Shown here: positions 19,358 to 30,012 of the stretch, piece by piece
How the letters are laid out: every line of letters starts with the position of its first letter
How positions within the stretch are numbered: position 1 is the first letter of the stretch
NCBI GenBank assembly: GCA_044353585.1
Contig: JBILBR010000010.1
Location: 15,353 to 79,352, forward strand
DNA: 64,000 bases
Reading direction: 5' to 3'
Source of the DNA: Crocinitomicaceae bacterium
GTDB taxonomy: Bacteria > Bacteroidota > Bacteroidia > Flavobacteriales_D > Crocinitomicaceae
Translations under genes and position numbers: made by a program
Notes under the pieces: generated by a model
Database searches by the model: none
The model's input: the letters and a program-made list of their open reading frames with translations, nothing else
Told to the model about the DNA's origin: nothing

Positions 19358-20836
19358 CTAGTTCAGACGATTTACAAGCAAGGTTCGAGCGTGGCTGATG
19401 TCCTCATGAAGGTATCGGTCGGTTGCCATAAAAGAAATTTCAGACCGCAATTGCTTATGCAAGGAATCGACCTCATCAGTCAATTCCCAACCTTTCCTGA
19501 ACCCAAAGGCTTGTGCTGCTGTTAACCACTCCATGGCTGCTACAGAAATCACATTATCAAGTACCCGGTATAATTTAGTGGCGGCATTTGCCCCCATACT
19601 TACGTGATCTTCTTGTCCGTTACTGGAATCAATGGTATCCACACTAGCCGGGGTGCATAACTGCTTGTTTTGACTCACAATGGAGGCTGCGGCATATTGA
19701 ACGATCATAAACCCAGAATTCAAGCCGGCGTGCTTCACTAAAAACGGCGGTAAATCGTGCGTTCCTGAAATCAACTTGTAGATTCTACGTTCCGAAATTG
19801 AGCCTAATTCAGCCAATGCGATGGCTAGAAAATCCATAGCCAAGGCCAAGGGTTGTCCATGAAAATTACCTGCCGAAACAATCTGATCCTCCTCAGGAAA
19901 CAAGGTGGGATTGTCTGTTACAGCATTCAATTCACTCTCAAAAGTCGTTTTGACAAAATTCAAGGTATCTAATGATGCGCCATGAACTTGGGGAATACAT
20001 CGAAAAGAATACGGGTCTTGCACATGGTTTTTTATTCGTGCAGTACCATTCAACAAACTACGCATGGTCGCGGCTACTTCAATCTGTCCGCTTTGCTTCC
20101 GTAATTCATTGACATTTGCCTGAAAGGGTTCCTGCCTGCCGTCATAGGCCTCTAAAGACAGGGCTGCAATCTTAAGCCCTTCATTTAACAAATTATATCC
20201 TGTACTAACCGCATATGTTCCATACGCATTCATGAATTGTGTTCCATTCAACAAAGCCAAACCTTCCTTCGCCTGTAGTGTAATCGGTTCTAGACCAAAT
20301 GTAACGCGAAGTTCAGAACCAGGAACACACACACCGTTTACCCGAACCTCCCCTTCTCCAATGAGTGGTAAACAGAGGTGAGCCAAGGGTGCTAAATCAC
20401 CAGAAGCTCCAAGACTTCCTTGCTCATAAACCACAGGAATCAGGTTGTTGTTGTATAGAAACAATAGACGTTCAATCGTTGCAAGTTGCACCCCGGAAAA
20501 TCCTTTTGACAACGCAATTGCTTTGAGTAAAAGCATCCGCTTTACAAGGTGTGTAGGAACCTCAGCACCAACACCGCAGGCATGAGACCGGATTAAATTG
20601 ACTTGAAGTTGATTCAAATCTTCCGTTGAAATTACCGTATTACATAGCGAGCCAAACCCTGTATTAATTCCGTAATAAATTGCTCCTTCTTCCTTCAGCT
20701 TATCCTGTAAAAAAGAAAATCCCGTTTCAATGGCTGACGCAGCTTGAGGACCGAGGACTACTTCTGAGGAATTTTTCAATACACGTTCCAATTCTCCCAG
20801 AGAAACCCATTGATTATTCAATACAAATTGAGTCAT
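19358..20836 (-). CDS. hutH: histidine ammonia-lyase
   Basis: 492 aa with the MIO-forming GSLGASGDLAPLAHL motif and the Ser-His selectivity pair (LIRSHACGVG) typical of HAL rather than TAL/PAL. Confidence 0.85.
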   Translation of the reverse strand: MTQFVLNNQWVSLGELERVLKNSSEVVLGPQAASAIETGFSFLQDKLKEEGAIYYGINTGFGSLCNTVISTEDLNQLQVNLIRSHACGVGAEVPTHLVKRMLLLKAIALSKGFSGVQLATIERLLFLYNNNLIPVVYEQGSLGASGDLAPLAHLCLPLIGEGEVRVNGVCVPGSELRVTFGLEPITLQAKEGLALLNGTQFMNAYGTYAVSTGYNLLNEGLKIAALSLEAYDGRQEPFQANVNELRKQSGQIEVAATMRSLLNGTARIKNHVQDPYSFRCIPQVHGASLDTLNFVKTTFESELNAVTDNPTLFPEEDQIVSAGNFHGQPLALAMDFLAIALAELGSISERRIYKLISGTHDLPPFLVKHAGLNSGFMIVQYAAASIVSQNKQLCTPASVDTIDSSNGQEDHVSMGANAATKLYRVLDNVISVAAMEWLTAAQAFGFRKGWELTDEVDSLHKQLRSEISFMATDRYLHEDISHARTLLVNRLN

Positions 20837-21807
20837 TATTTTTGGATAAAGTTTGCAAAATCTTTAGCGAAATAAGTCAGAATTCCATCTGCTCCTGCCC
20901 TGCGCATACTTAATAAAATTTCAGCCACGATGGCTTCATAATTGATCCATCCTTTTTCTGCCGCAGCATATACCATGGCGCATTCACCGCTCACATTATA
21001 TGCAGTAATTGGAACTGAACTGTGTTCTTTAAGTAAATGAATAACATCCAAATATGATAATGCAGGCTTAACCATTATAAAATCCGCGCCTTCTTCCATA
21101 TCCAAGGATGCTTCTAGTAAAGCTTCTCGTTTATTAGCGGGATTCATTTGGTATGTTTTTTTATCTCCTGATTTAGGTGCAGAATTCAATGCATCTCTGA
21201 ATGGACCATAAAACGCACTCGCATACTTAGCGGAGTATGCCATGATGCTTGTATCGGTATACCCCTCTAAATCTAAGGCTTCACGGATGTACCCAACTCG
21301 TCCATCCATCATATCGCTTGGACCGATAATATCAATTCCTGCTTGCGCTTGAGCGATGCTCATTTTAGCTAAAATAGGCAAGGTTTCGTCGTTCAAAATC
21401 CTCCCGTCCTGCACTAATCCATCGTGGCCATCGGATGAATATGGGTCCATCGCCACATCACTCATTAGGATTACCTCTGGAAATCGTTCTTTAATTGTAC
21501 GAATCGCATGCAGGTAAAAATTCTCTGCTGCATAACTATACGTGGCTGTTTTATCTTTCAAGTCATCCGAAACTGCCGGAAACAACACGAATTTATTTAA
21601 TCCCAAGGATAACGAAGATTCTATTTCCTTTAACATTAAATCCAAGGACCATCGGTAATTTCTTGGTAACGAGGATATTTCCTCTTTGACCCCGATTCCA
21701 TCCGTAAGAAACATCGGATAAATCAGGTGATCAACAGACAGAAAACTCTCTTGCACCATATCGCGTATGGCTGCATGTTTGCGGTTTCTTCTTGGTCTAA
21801 TTACCAT
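20836..21807 (-). CDS. hemB: porphobilinogen synthase (delta-aminolevulinate dehydratase)
   Basis: 323 aa. The N-terminus RPRRNR and the stretches GPSDMMDGRVG and VKPALSYLD are typical of HemB. Confidence 0.93.
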   Translation of the reverse strand: MVIRPRRNRKHAAIRDMVQESFLSVDHLIYPMFLTDGIGVKEEISSLPRNYRWSLDLMLKEIESSLSLGLNKFVLFPAVSDDLKDKTATYSYAAENFYLHAIRTIKERFPEVILMSDVAMDPYSSDGHDGLVQDGRILNDETLPILAKMSIAQAQAGIDIIGPSDMMDGRVGYIREALDLEGYTDTSIMAYSAKYASAFYGPFRDALNSAPKSGDKKTYQMNPANKREALLEASLDMEEGADFIMVKPALSYLDVIHLLKEHSSVPITAYNVSGECAMVYAAAEKGWINYEAIVAEILLSMRRAGADGILTYFAKDFANFIQK

Positions 21808-21811
21808 CGGA

Positions 21812-22555
21812 TTACATTAACATACCCCCGCAAACGTGGAGTGTTTGACCGGTAATATATGCAGACATGTCTGAAGCCAAGAAAACGGTAGCATTTGCAA
21901 CATCTTCTGGTTTTCCACCTCGTTTTAATGGTATAGCATTTCTCCACTGTTCTACAACCGCTGGATCTAGCACTTCGGTCATTTCTGTTTCAATGAAACC
22001 TGGTGCGATGGCATTGCAACGGATATTTCTAGAACCAAGTTCGGCAGCAATGGATTTGGTAAAACCAATTAACCCTGCTTTAGAAGCTGCGTAATTTGCT
22101 TGACCGGCATTTCCTTTTACACCCACCACGGAACTCATATTAATAATTGATCCAGAACGTGCTTTTAGCATGGGTTTAATGACCGCTTTGGTTAAGTTGA
22201 ATGCTGATTTTAAATTGGTATTAATTACTTCATCCCATTGCTCTTCTGTCATACGCATCATAAGGGTATCTCGAGTGATTCCAGCATTATTTACAAGGAC
22301 ATCTACCGTTCCAAATTGCGCAACCACGTTATCTACTAATTCATGGGCCTGGTCAAAATTGGATGCATCGGACTTGAACCCAACGGCAACACCACCTTGT
22401 GCGGTTAATTCTGCTTCAAGTGCCCGAGCCTTTTCATCTGAAGAAAGATAGGTGAATGCCACTTTTGCTCCTTGATTAACGCACGTTTGTGCAATTGACT
22501 TTCCGATACCTCTTGAGGCGCCGGTGATAATAACAACTTTATCTTTTAATAACAT
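21812..22555 (-). CDS. fabG: 3-oxoacyl-[acyl-carrier-protein] reductase
   Basis: SDR motifs TGASRGIGK, NNAG and YAASKAG. The ATG at 22555 (MLLKDKVVIITG) gives the usual 247 aa. A TATCTTTG box lies on the minus strand at 22570-22577. Confidence 0.88.
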   Translation of the reverse strand: MLLKDKVVIITGASRGIGKSIAQTCVNQGAKVAFTYLSSDEKARALEAELTAQGGVAVGFKSDASNFDQAHELVDNVVAQFGTVDVLVNNAGITRDTLMMRMTEEQWDEVINTNLKSAFNLTKAVIKPMLKARSGSIINMSSVVGVKGNAGQANYAASKAGLIGFTKSIAAELGSRNIRCNAIAPGFIETEMTEVLDPAVVEQWRNAIPLKRGGKPEDVANATVFLASDMSAYITGQTLHVCGGMLM

Positions 22556-22630
22556 AGTTAATTTTTTTTCAAAGATAATCAAAGTGTTGCACATGCGTAG
22601 AATTTACAAAAGTTCCTACCTTTGATACCG

Positions 22631-23161
22631 ATGCATGCGGGAAACACTTTTTGGTTTACAGGATTATCAGGCGCTGGAAAAACAACCCTATCCAAGTCCC
22701 TAGCCGAAGCGTTGATAAAAGAGGGAAAGAATATAGTGATTTTGGATGGGGACGAATTGAGAAGTACCATCTCGAAGGACCTTGGTTTCACTACGGAAGA
22801 TCGAATAGAACAAAATCGAAGGGCTGCAAATATAGCTAGGTTACTAAACGAACAAGGAATCCATGTTATGGCTGCCCTTATTTCACCTACCCATGAAATT
22901 CAATCAATGTTACGACACCTCATTGGCATCAATCGATGTTTTTTGATTCATTTGGACTGCTCAATTGAAGGGTGTAAACAACGTGATATCAAGCAGCTTT
23001 ATTCTAATAGCAGTAAACAGAACGAAGGGAATTTCACGGGAATTCATCAGCCGTATGAAGACCCTATTAATCCATGGGTGAAGATAAACACAGAACACCT
23101 AACTTTTGAACAGTGTAAAATTGAATTGCTTGAAGCCATTCGCGCTACATTCAATCAATAA
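22631..23161 (+). CDS. cysC: adenylyl-sulfate (APS) kinase
   Basis: P-loop FWFTGLSGAGKTT. The ATG at 22631 lies 6 nt after a TACCTTTG box (22617-22624). Confidence 0.88.
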   Translation: MHAGNTFWFTGLSGAGKTTLSKSLAEALIKEGKNIVILDGDELRSTISKDLGFTTEDRIEQNRRAANIARLLNEQGIHVMAALISPTHEIQSMLRHLIGINRCFLIHLDCSIEGCKQRDIKQLYSNSSKQNEGNFTGIHQPYEDPINPWVKINTEHLTFEQCKIELLEAIRATFNQ

Positions 23162-23176
23162 TTCTATTTTTGTTGA

Positions 23177-23491
23177 ATGAAATATTGGAATGCTAGTCGA
23201 TGTAAAGAACTCCTTGAACAAGGAACCGTTCTTGCATTGGATATTCGTGAGCCTTATGAATATCACCATGTTAATTGTGGATTCGATAATGTCCCAATGG
23301 CAACATTAATAGAATTCCTTCAAGAAAAAGACCGAACCACTCCGTTGGTATTGTTATGTCAATCAGGAAAAAGAGCCCAAGCTGCAGGGAATTTAATTGA
23401 AACCGAACTCGGTTTCTTAGAAGTAATAATTGTTGAACAGGGCATTCAAGGGTGGGAAATGGAAGTCGATCCTTCATTAAAACTAGATTAA
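23177..23491 (+). CDS. rhodanese-like sulfurtransferase domain protein
   Basis: 104 aa with the active-site loop LLCQSGKRAQ. Confidence 0.82.
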   Translation: MKYWNASRCKELLEQGTVLALDIREPYEYHHVNCGFDNVPMATLIEFLQEKDRTTPLVLLCQSGKRAQAAGNLIETELGFLEVIIVEQGIQGWEMEVDPSLKLD

Positions 23492-23492
23492 T

Positions 23493-24125
23493 ATGCTAGA
23501 AATTTTACAGCATCTATTTGCCTTAGACATAAAATGGTTTGTTCAAGAATTTGGGACAGCGGTGTATATCGTACTTTTCCTTGTAATATTTGTTGAAACG
23601 GGGTTGGTTGCATTTCCATTTTTACCAGGTGACTCCTTGTTGTTTACTGCGGGGTTATTCTGCAAAAGCGGTCAACTCGATTTAATGCTATTATTACCTC
23701 TATTATTTATTGCAGCCATATTAGGAGACAACATTAATTATTGGGTAGGAAAAAAAATCGGATTAAATGTGTTCTCTTTTTCTTTTCGCGGTAAGCCCTT
23801 GGTAAAAAAAGAATACTTGGATAAAACCACCTTGTTTTTTGAAAAACACGGAACAAAGGCGATTATTATGGCTCGTTTCGTTCCTTTTGTACGCACATTT
23901 GCTCCTTTTGCAGCAGGAGTAGCTACCATGAAGTATCGAACCTTCGTTATTTATGATTTGCTTGGAGGCGCCTTGTGGGTTGGGTCTATGACCCTTGCCG
24001 GATATTTACTTGGCGAAGTAACTTGGATTCGTGAGCACGTTGACTTAATGGCGATCGCGATTGTTTTAATCTCAGTTAGTCCAATACTAGTTTCCTATGT
24101 TAAAGGTAAAATGAGTAAATCATAA
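23493..24125 (+). CDS. DedA/VTT-family membrane protein
   Basis: 210 aa. FLPGDSLLFTAG and ARFVPFVRTFAPFAAG are DedA signatures. Confidence 0.88.
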   Translation: MLEILQHLFALDIKWFVQEFGTAVYIVLFLVIFVETGLVAFPFLPGDSLLFTAGLFCKSGQLDLMLLLPLLFIAAILGDNINYWVGKKIGLNVFSFSFRGKPLVKKEYLDKTTLFFEKHGTKAIIMARFVPFVRTFAPFAAGVATMKYRTFVIYDLLGGALWVGSMTLAGYLLGEVTWIREHVDLMAIAIVLISVSPILVSYVKGKMSKS

Positions 24126-24205
24126 AATCATAATTATTTTTTAATCTGATGCAATTTTACCTTAAATTCGTGCGTCAGTAGAACGCAAAACTAAAAAAAA
24201 GCACT

Positions 24206-26599
24206 ATGAACTCGTTCAAATTACTTCTAACATCAATTTTAACTTGTATCTCATTCTTATCATTCGCGCAGCAATCAGCGTGTTTCAATTCGGATTTTGA
24301 AGATAATTCATTTACCAATTGGAATGGCTTCTATGGATCATGTTGCGGAATTAATACTCCGAATCAAGGATTTACCAATCAACATCAAATTATGGTTGGT
24401 CCAGGAATAGACCCGGTGATAGCCGGATGTGGCAACTTATCTATTGTACCCCCAGGAGAGAATTTTTCAGCGATGGTTGGTGATTTTACTGGAACGGGTG
24501 CCCAAGCATCCCGTTTACAATACACGTTCTCGATCACGCCGCAATCAAACATGATCATCGTGAAATACGCGGTTGTACTCCAAGATGTAGGTCATGCCGT
24601 TTCTCAACAACCGCGATTTGAAGCACAGCTGTATGACGCTGCTGGAAACCCATTGCCTTGTACCTTCTATCAAGTTGCTGCAGCGAATGGAGTACCCGGA
24701 TTTCAAAACTGTGGACAATATCGTTGGAAAGATTGGACAACCTTTGGGGTTGATGTAACCCAATACATGGGACAAACTGTTACCTTGGATGTAGCAACAG
24801 GCGATTGTTCTCTTGGCGGTCACTGGGGATATGCTTATGTTAGCGCCTCTTGTTCCTCGTTAAATCTTTCGGCATTTTATTGTCAAAACGGAGCTAATAA
24901 TACAGCTACCCTATCTGCTCCAGACGGTTTTTCTAACTACGTTTGGTCAAATGCAGCCACAGGACAACAACTAGCTACTGGTCAAGTAGCCAATGTAAAT
25001 ATTCAAGGTGTGGATACGGTAGATTGTCAAATTACCTCAGCGAATGGATGTGTTGCAACACTTACAACCGCAGTACTTCCTGCAGAAGTTATTGGTAGTA
25101 TCGTTGACAGTAACGTGTGTAACGGTTACGCCACTGTATTATTAAATAACACCTCTTACACCAACGCAGCACCAGATTCCATTTCTTGGAGTGCTAATGA
25201 TGGGTTTACCTCGAATGACACTATTTTTAATCACGTGTTTCCTGCACCTGGTCTTTACAATGTGCAAATGATCGTATCGAACTCAGCCAACTGTGTAGAT
25301 ACTGTTACGACAGTAGTTGAAGTATTTGAAAATCCTATAGCTAGTTTTGGATTTGATGATGTGTGTTTAGGACAAACTGCTGTTTTTGAAGCCTCAAGTT
25401 CCTTAGTTGGAGGCGACACCATTACTAATTATTGGTATGTAAACAACGATACATTAATTGGCGACACCGTAACTGTTTATTTTAATGGCCCGAACAATTA
25501 CTTGGTAGATCTTGTGGCCATGACAGAGAATGGATGTTCAGATACTGTCTCTCAAAACTTTACTGTGTTCAACAATCCAACGGCCAATTTTGCCGTAACT
25601 GAATCATGTATAGACTTGGCTGTTCAATTTGACAATACAACCACCGGACTTTCAAATTCAACAACGTTTGAATGGTTATATAATAATCAGATATTGGACA
25701 CAACCGTTGATTTATCTTACATCTTTAACACCCCTGGAACGCACAATATTTCATTGGTTGCCACCGACTCATTTTCACCTGCAGTTCAATGTGATGATAC
25801 CATAAGCTACACATTCTTTGTGCATGACTATCCGACATTCGCTTATTTAGCAGATACAATTCAATGTGAGGATGTGCCTTTTGTTGTAAATAGTTTTCCA
25901 GCTATATCTACCAATGAACCTATTTCTTATACATGGGAAATCAATGGTGCACTTGAGGACACTACCATTAATTTGAATACTATGATACCTACACCAGGTG
26001 TTTATCAATTCACGTATAGCGTAGTTTCAGATTTTGGCTGTGAAGTAGATACCACCTTTGACATGTACATCATGGCTACACCTGAGCCACCTGTATTAAG
26101 TTTTAATATCCCGGAATGTCCAGGAGACCCTTTCTTTTTAAGTGCAACAGCAGAAGCGAATTCTACGATTGCATGGACAGGTCCAAATAATTTTAACTCT
26201 ACCTTATTTGACGTCACATTCCCGTTAGACGAAAGTGGAATGGGTATTTACACAGCGTTTGTTACATCAGAGTACGGTTGTATTTCGGATACCTCACAAA
26301 TTGATGCAACCATAACATACACCATGAATTTTAACGATTTTGATTTCCCGAATGTAATCTCTGCAAACGAGGATGGCTCAAATGACTTCTTAGATTTGAA
26401 ATCATATTTTATGACATGCGATGAGTTCACACTCTATATCTTCAACCGTTGGGGTAACCTAGTATTTGAACAAGGTCAAAACACTGCGTTTTTCCGAGGA
26501 CAAGATGCGAACGGTAACGATTTAGAAGATGGTGTTTATAGCTATAAATTAATCTTCGAGAACTACGAGAAACACGGATTTATTCACGTGGTTCGATAG
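24206..26599 (+). CDS. large secreted PKD-repeat protein with gliding-motility-associated (type B T9SS) C-terminal domain
   Basis: 797 aa with a signal peptide and several PKD-like repeats. The C-terminus FPNVISANEDGSNDFL...FNRWGNLVFE...DGVYSYKL matches the CHU_C type. Confidence 0.82.
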   Translation: MNSFKLLLTSILTCISFLSFAQQSACFNSDFEDNSFTNWNGFYGSCCGINTPNQGFTNQHQIMVGPGIDPVIAGCGNLSIVPPGENFSAMVGDFTGTGAQASRLQYTFSITPQSNMIIVKYAVVLQDVGHAVSQQPRFEAQLYDAAGNPLPCTFYQVAAANGVPGFQNCGQYRWKDWTTFGVDVTQYMGQTVTLDVATGDCSLGGHWGYAYVSASCSSLNLSAFYCQNGANNTATLSAPDGFSNYVWSNAATGQQLATGQVANVNIQGVDTVDCQITSANGCVATLTTAVLPAEVIGSIVDSNVCNGYATVLLNNTSYTNAAPDSISWSANDGFTSNDTIFNHVFPAPGLYNVQMIVSNSANCVDTVTTVVEVFENPIASFGFDDVCLGQTAVFEASSSLVGGDTITNYWYVNNDTLIGDTVTVYFNGPNNYLVDLVAMTENGCSDTVSQNFTVFNNPTANFAVTESCIDLAVQFDNTTTGLSNSTTFEWLYNNQILDTTVDLSYIFNTPGTHNISLVATDSFSPAVQCDDTISYTFFVHDYPTFAYLADTIQCEDVPFVVNSFPAISTNEPISYTWEINGALEDTTINLNTMIPTPGVYQFTYSVVSDFGCEVDTTFDMYIMATPEPPVLSFNIPECPGDPFFLSATAEANSTIAWTGPNNFNSTLFDVTFPLDESGMGIYTAFVTSEYGCISDTSQIDATITYTMNFNDFDFPNVISANEDGSNDFLDLKSYFMTCDEFTLYIFNRWGNLVFEQGQNTAFFRGQDANGNDLEDGVYSYKLIFENYEKHGFIHVVR

Positions 26600-26631
26600 A
26601 AAACTAACATAATCCTTAGGGAAATCACATT

Positions 26632-26661
26632 AAAAAAGGCAGAAGTTATTCTGCCTTTTTT
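26632..26661. terminator. bidirectional rho-independent terminator
   Basis: AAAAAAGGCAGAA-GTTA-TTCTGCCTTTTTT sits between convergent genes. Confidence 0.65.
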
Positions 26662-26797
26662 ATGTTCAATCAATTACATAAGCTCAATTAGATCGTCTTT
26701 ATATAACCGACGCCGATACATCGCGAGTAGTTGACCTAAACCAAGCATTTTGTGCAAGCCTGGAAAAAATCTAACATTATAATAAGGATAAGTCCCC

Positions 26798-27322
26798 TTA
26801 CAACAATTGCTGAAATTCCGACTTTAAGGCTTCAATTGCTATTTCTGAAGGTAGTGGATTAATATCTGCAGTTAAGGTAATAATTGCCTTTGCTAGATCA
26901 GAAGAAGAGGCATCCGGAGGTAATTCACTTGCGCCAACATTAATTAACTTAACAGTTTCTTCTTTAGCGTTTTTCAATAGATGCCATGCATTTGGTGAAA
27001 TAAACATCTGTTGAGCGACATTATGATCGTATTCGTCTCTAATTGCTTTTAATAACATACTTTGAAACAAAACTGCATTCACATTTTGTTGATTCATTCG
27101 CATTACAATGGTCACTGGATGGATACGCTCCATGTATAAAATCGCTCGCTGATAGGCCTCCATTCTGTGGGACAAGAAAAATTCTTGACGTTGTTTTCTT
27201 AGCTCCCCTTGAACAGCAAGAGATTCGCTAAAATTTATTTTTTTATTGAAATTCAACACTAAAAATATAATACTTGCTAAGGCAACAATAACAATTGCGA
27301 GGACCACGAGAAGTTCAGTCAT
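26798..27322 (-). CDS. hypothetical membrane-anchored protein
   Basis: 174-aa ORF with a single N-terminal TM (LLVVLAIVIVALASIIFLVL). Confidence 0.55.
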   Translation of the reverse strand: MTELLVVLAIVIVALASIIFLVLNFNKKINFSESLAVQGELRKQRQEFFLSHRMEAYQRAILYMERIHPVTIVMRMNQQNVNAVLFQSMLLKAIRDEYDHNVAQQMFISPNAWHLLKNAKEETVKLINVGASELPPDASSSDLAKAIITLTADINPLPSEIAIEALKSEFQQLL

Positions 27323-27422
27323 ATGTTCTAATTTAGCGCAAAGATAGGATTCTTTAATAACTTTATTATTTGCATAGCAATCAAGGAAATTGGCATAACA
27401 ACGAAAATAGTATTTTTACCAG

Positions 27423-28889
27423 ATGAAAGACATGATTTTAACGAGTATCCTCCTACTCTATTTTGTTGTATTGCTTGTGATATCATGGATTACGGCAAGA
27501 AATGCCACCACGAATAGCTTTTTCTCAGGTGACAAAAAAAGTTCATGGTACCTGGTGGCATTCGGCATGATTGGTACATCACTTTCAGGTGTCACTTTTG
27601 TCTCTGTTCCCGGTAAAGTGCTTTCCAGCGGTTGGCATTACTATCAATTAGTGCTTGGGTTCTTCATCGGTTATTTTGTTGTTGCCTATGTACTACTCCC
27701 AATCTATTACCGATTAAAACTTACGTCGATTTATACATACCTCGAACACCGCCTCGGCCTTAATGCCTACCAATGGGGTGCAGGATATTTTATTTTATCC
27801 AGAACCTTAGGCGCAACAGTCAGACTGTATTTAGTCATCAATGTCCTACAACTTTTCATCTTTGACAAGCTTGGTATACCATTTTGGTTAAGCACCCTCA
27901 TTATTATTTTAATGATTGTAGCCTATACCTTGAAAGGAGGTGTTAAAACGATCGTTTGGACAGATACCCTACAGACAACCTTCATGCTTTTGGCGTTAGT
28001 CGTTTGTATTTTTTCAATTCAAAATAAATTAAACCTAGGTTGGAATGATGTAATTAGTCAAATGAACTCAAACGACTTATTGGGTTTATGGGAAACTAAT
28101 TGGTTAAAAGGTGATCATTTCTTAAAACATATACTAGGAGGTGCTTTTATTACGATTGCAATGACTGGATTAGATCAAGAAATGATGCAAAAAAACATCA
28201 GTGTTAAATCATTGAAAGATGCACAAAAGAATATGGTGGTATTTAGCGTTACACTCTTAGCGGTAAACGCCTTGTTCTTATTATTAGGGGGAGTTCTTTC
28301 GCTCTATATCGGTCAACTTGGAATTAAAGTAGCGCCTGATGATTTGTTTCCATACATCGTCCAAAACTACTTGCCTTTCGGTGTTTTCGTTATTTTTATA
28401 ATTGGTTTAATTTCAGCACTTTTCCCTTCGGTAGACGGAGCAATTACCGCACTAACTTCATCCTTTTGCATTGATGTGCTTGGATTTAACCGTAATAACT
28501 ACGAAGAAGAAAAAAAGAAGCACATTAAGCGATGGATTCATTTAGGTTTTGCAGCACTTTTTATGTTTTTGGTTTTTTTATTCAAGTGGCTGGATAACAA
28601 AAGCATCGTGGATTTAATTTTTGATATTGCAGGATACACCTATGGTCCATTACTGGGATTATTTGCTTTTGGTATACTTACTAAACGGCAATTAATCCAT
28701 CCAAAAATTGCGTTTATTACGCTAATCTCTCCCTTACTATGCTATGTCCTAAAAACATATTCCACCATGTTGCTTGGAACGTATCAAATTGGTAATGAAT
28801 TATTGATTTTAAACGGCGCCCTGACCTTTCTTTTATTAATTATAGTTAGCAAACCCAACAACCATGTCGCTTCATATAAATCTGAATGA
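27423..28889 (+). CDS. sodium:solute symporter (SSF) family transporter
   Basis: 488 aa, about 13 TM segments, SSF-like pattern (GGVKTIVWTDTLQ). Confidence 0.82.
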   Translation: MKDMILTSILLLYFVVLLVISWITARNATTNSFFSGDKKSSWYLVAFGMIGTSLSGVTFVSVPGKVLSSGWHYYQLVLGFFIGYFVVAYVLLPIYYRLKLTSIYTYLEHRLGLNAYQWGAGYFILSRTLGATVRLYLVINVLQLFIFDKLGIPFWLSTLIIILMIVAYTLKGGVKTIVWTDTLQTTFMLLALVVCIFSIQNKLNLGWNDVISQMNSNDLLGLWETNWLKGDHFLKHILGGAFITIAMTGLDQEMMQKNISVKSLKDAQKNMVVFSVTLLAVNALFLLLGGVLSLYIGQLGIKVAPDDLFPYIVQNYLPFGVFVIFIIGLISALFPSVDGAITALTSSFCIDVLGFNRNNYEEEKKKHIKRWIHLGFAALFMFLVFLFKWLDNKSIVDLIFDIAGYTYGPLLGLFAFGILTKRQLIHPKIAFITLISPLLCYVLKTYSTMLLGTYQIGNELLILNGALTFLLLIIVSKPNNHVASYKSE

Positions 28890-30012
28890 CCTTCACTCCA
28901 ATCTTAAGTTTGCACCGCATTCGATTACCAAGCCTTCTCCGTTTATTCGATGTGGCATTCTAACAAATATTGAACGGTATCACCTGCTTTGTCCCGATAT
29001 CCAAATTGGGTTTATTACAGCATCGCATTTACAGGACCATTTTACTGCCTTAAATCAAGCGATCGATGTAGATGCAACAATAATTCCAACCCTTGAATTA
29101 ATGCGCCATTTAAGCTCATTAAATCCGAACGAGTATATCACCTATGAAAATCGGGTAATTGCTACCTTTGGTGAAGCACTAAACGAAGTTACTTATGTTG
29201 GTGGACCGCTGATTCAATTACGTAATCGATGGGATTTGTTTAAATTTAATGGAGAGGTCCTTGCATTGGATTTTTACTTACTGACTTCTACTAAGAAATC
29301 TCAAGCCATCCCATCATCTTGTACGCTTATTGGAAATCCAGAATTTCTTTTTATTGAGGAAGGTGCCATCATAAATGCATCCACGTTGAACGTTACCACA
29401 GGTCCAATTTACGTGGCGGCACATGCTGAAATTATGGAAGGCTCATTAATTCGTGGACCTTTTGCGCTCTGCGAATACGGACAAGTGAAAATGGGAGCCA
29501 AAATTTATGGAGCAACAACCATTGGTCCGCATTGTAAGGTTGGAGGTGAAGTAAATAATGTTGTCTTTGAAGCATATTCCAATAAGTCACACGATGGCTT
29601 TCTAGGTAATGGCTATATTGGATCTTGGTGTAATATCGGTGCAGACACCAATGCTTCAAATCTCATGAATAATTACGGCATCGTGGACGTACATGACTAT
29701 GAAACCGGCAAAACAACCTCTTCTGGAGAACAATTCGTTGGTTTACACATGGGAGATCATTCAAAATGTGGGATTAACACGATGTTTAATACAGGAACCG
29801 CGCTTGGTGTAGGATGTAATGTTTACGGACCAGGATTCTTTAAAAAACACATTCCTTCATTTAGTTTTGGTGAACCAACACGCTTATTTCCATATCGGTT
29901 TGATAAGGCATTAGAAGGAATTGAAAGCATGATGTCTCGCCGAGGTAAAACACTATCAGAAGGAGAACTTAAGATCCTGAAGCATATTTATAGCCTTCGC
30001 GAATCATTTTAA
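28864..30012 (+). CDS. GlmU-related putative sugar nucleotidyltransferase with left-handed beta-helix
   Basis: 382 aa with C-terminal hexapeptide-repeat-like segments (GPHCKVGGEVNNVVFEAYSNKSHDGFLGNGYIGSWCNIGADTNASN). It overlaps the symporter end by 26 nt. Confidence 0.7.
   Translation: MSLHINLNDLHSNLKFAPHSITKPSPFIRCGILTNIERYHLLCPDIQIGFITASHLQDHFTALNQAIDVDATIIPTLELMRHLSSLNPNEYITYENRVIATFGEALNEVTYVGGPLIQLRNRWDLFKFNGEVLALDFYLLTSTKKSQAIPSSCTLIGNPEFLFIEEGAIINASTLNVTTGPIYVAAHAEIMEGSLIRGPFALCEYGQVKMGAKIYGATTIGPHCKVGGEVNNVVFEAYSNKSHDGFLGNGYIGSWCNIGADTNASNLMNNYGIVDVHDYETGKTTSSGEQFVGLHMGDHSKCGINTMFNTGTALGVGCNVYGPGFFKKHIPSFSFGEPTRLFPYRFDKALEGIESMMSRRGKTLSEGELKILKHIYSLRESF

Noticed and set aside
19358-20836. 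Considered whether the ammonia-lyase is a tyrosine ammonia-lyase of a flexirubin-type pigment pathway, since no hutU/hutI genes are adjacent.
   Set aside because: The substrate-selectivity position reads Ser-His (RSHACG) as in histidine ammonia-lyases, and no polyketide or flexirubin genes are nearby.
21867-22451. Antisense ORFs inside fabG (75 and 93 aa). Similar shadow ORFs lie inside dapA (49944-50240), the S8 peptidases (54864-55208, 57400-57673), ligA (51483-51903, 52460-53012), the PKD protein (24545-24823) and the RM gene (63320-63672).
   Set aside because: They lie fully within strongly supported genes on the opposite strand or in another frame, have no motifs, and are typical shadow ORFs.
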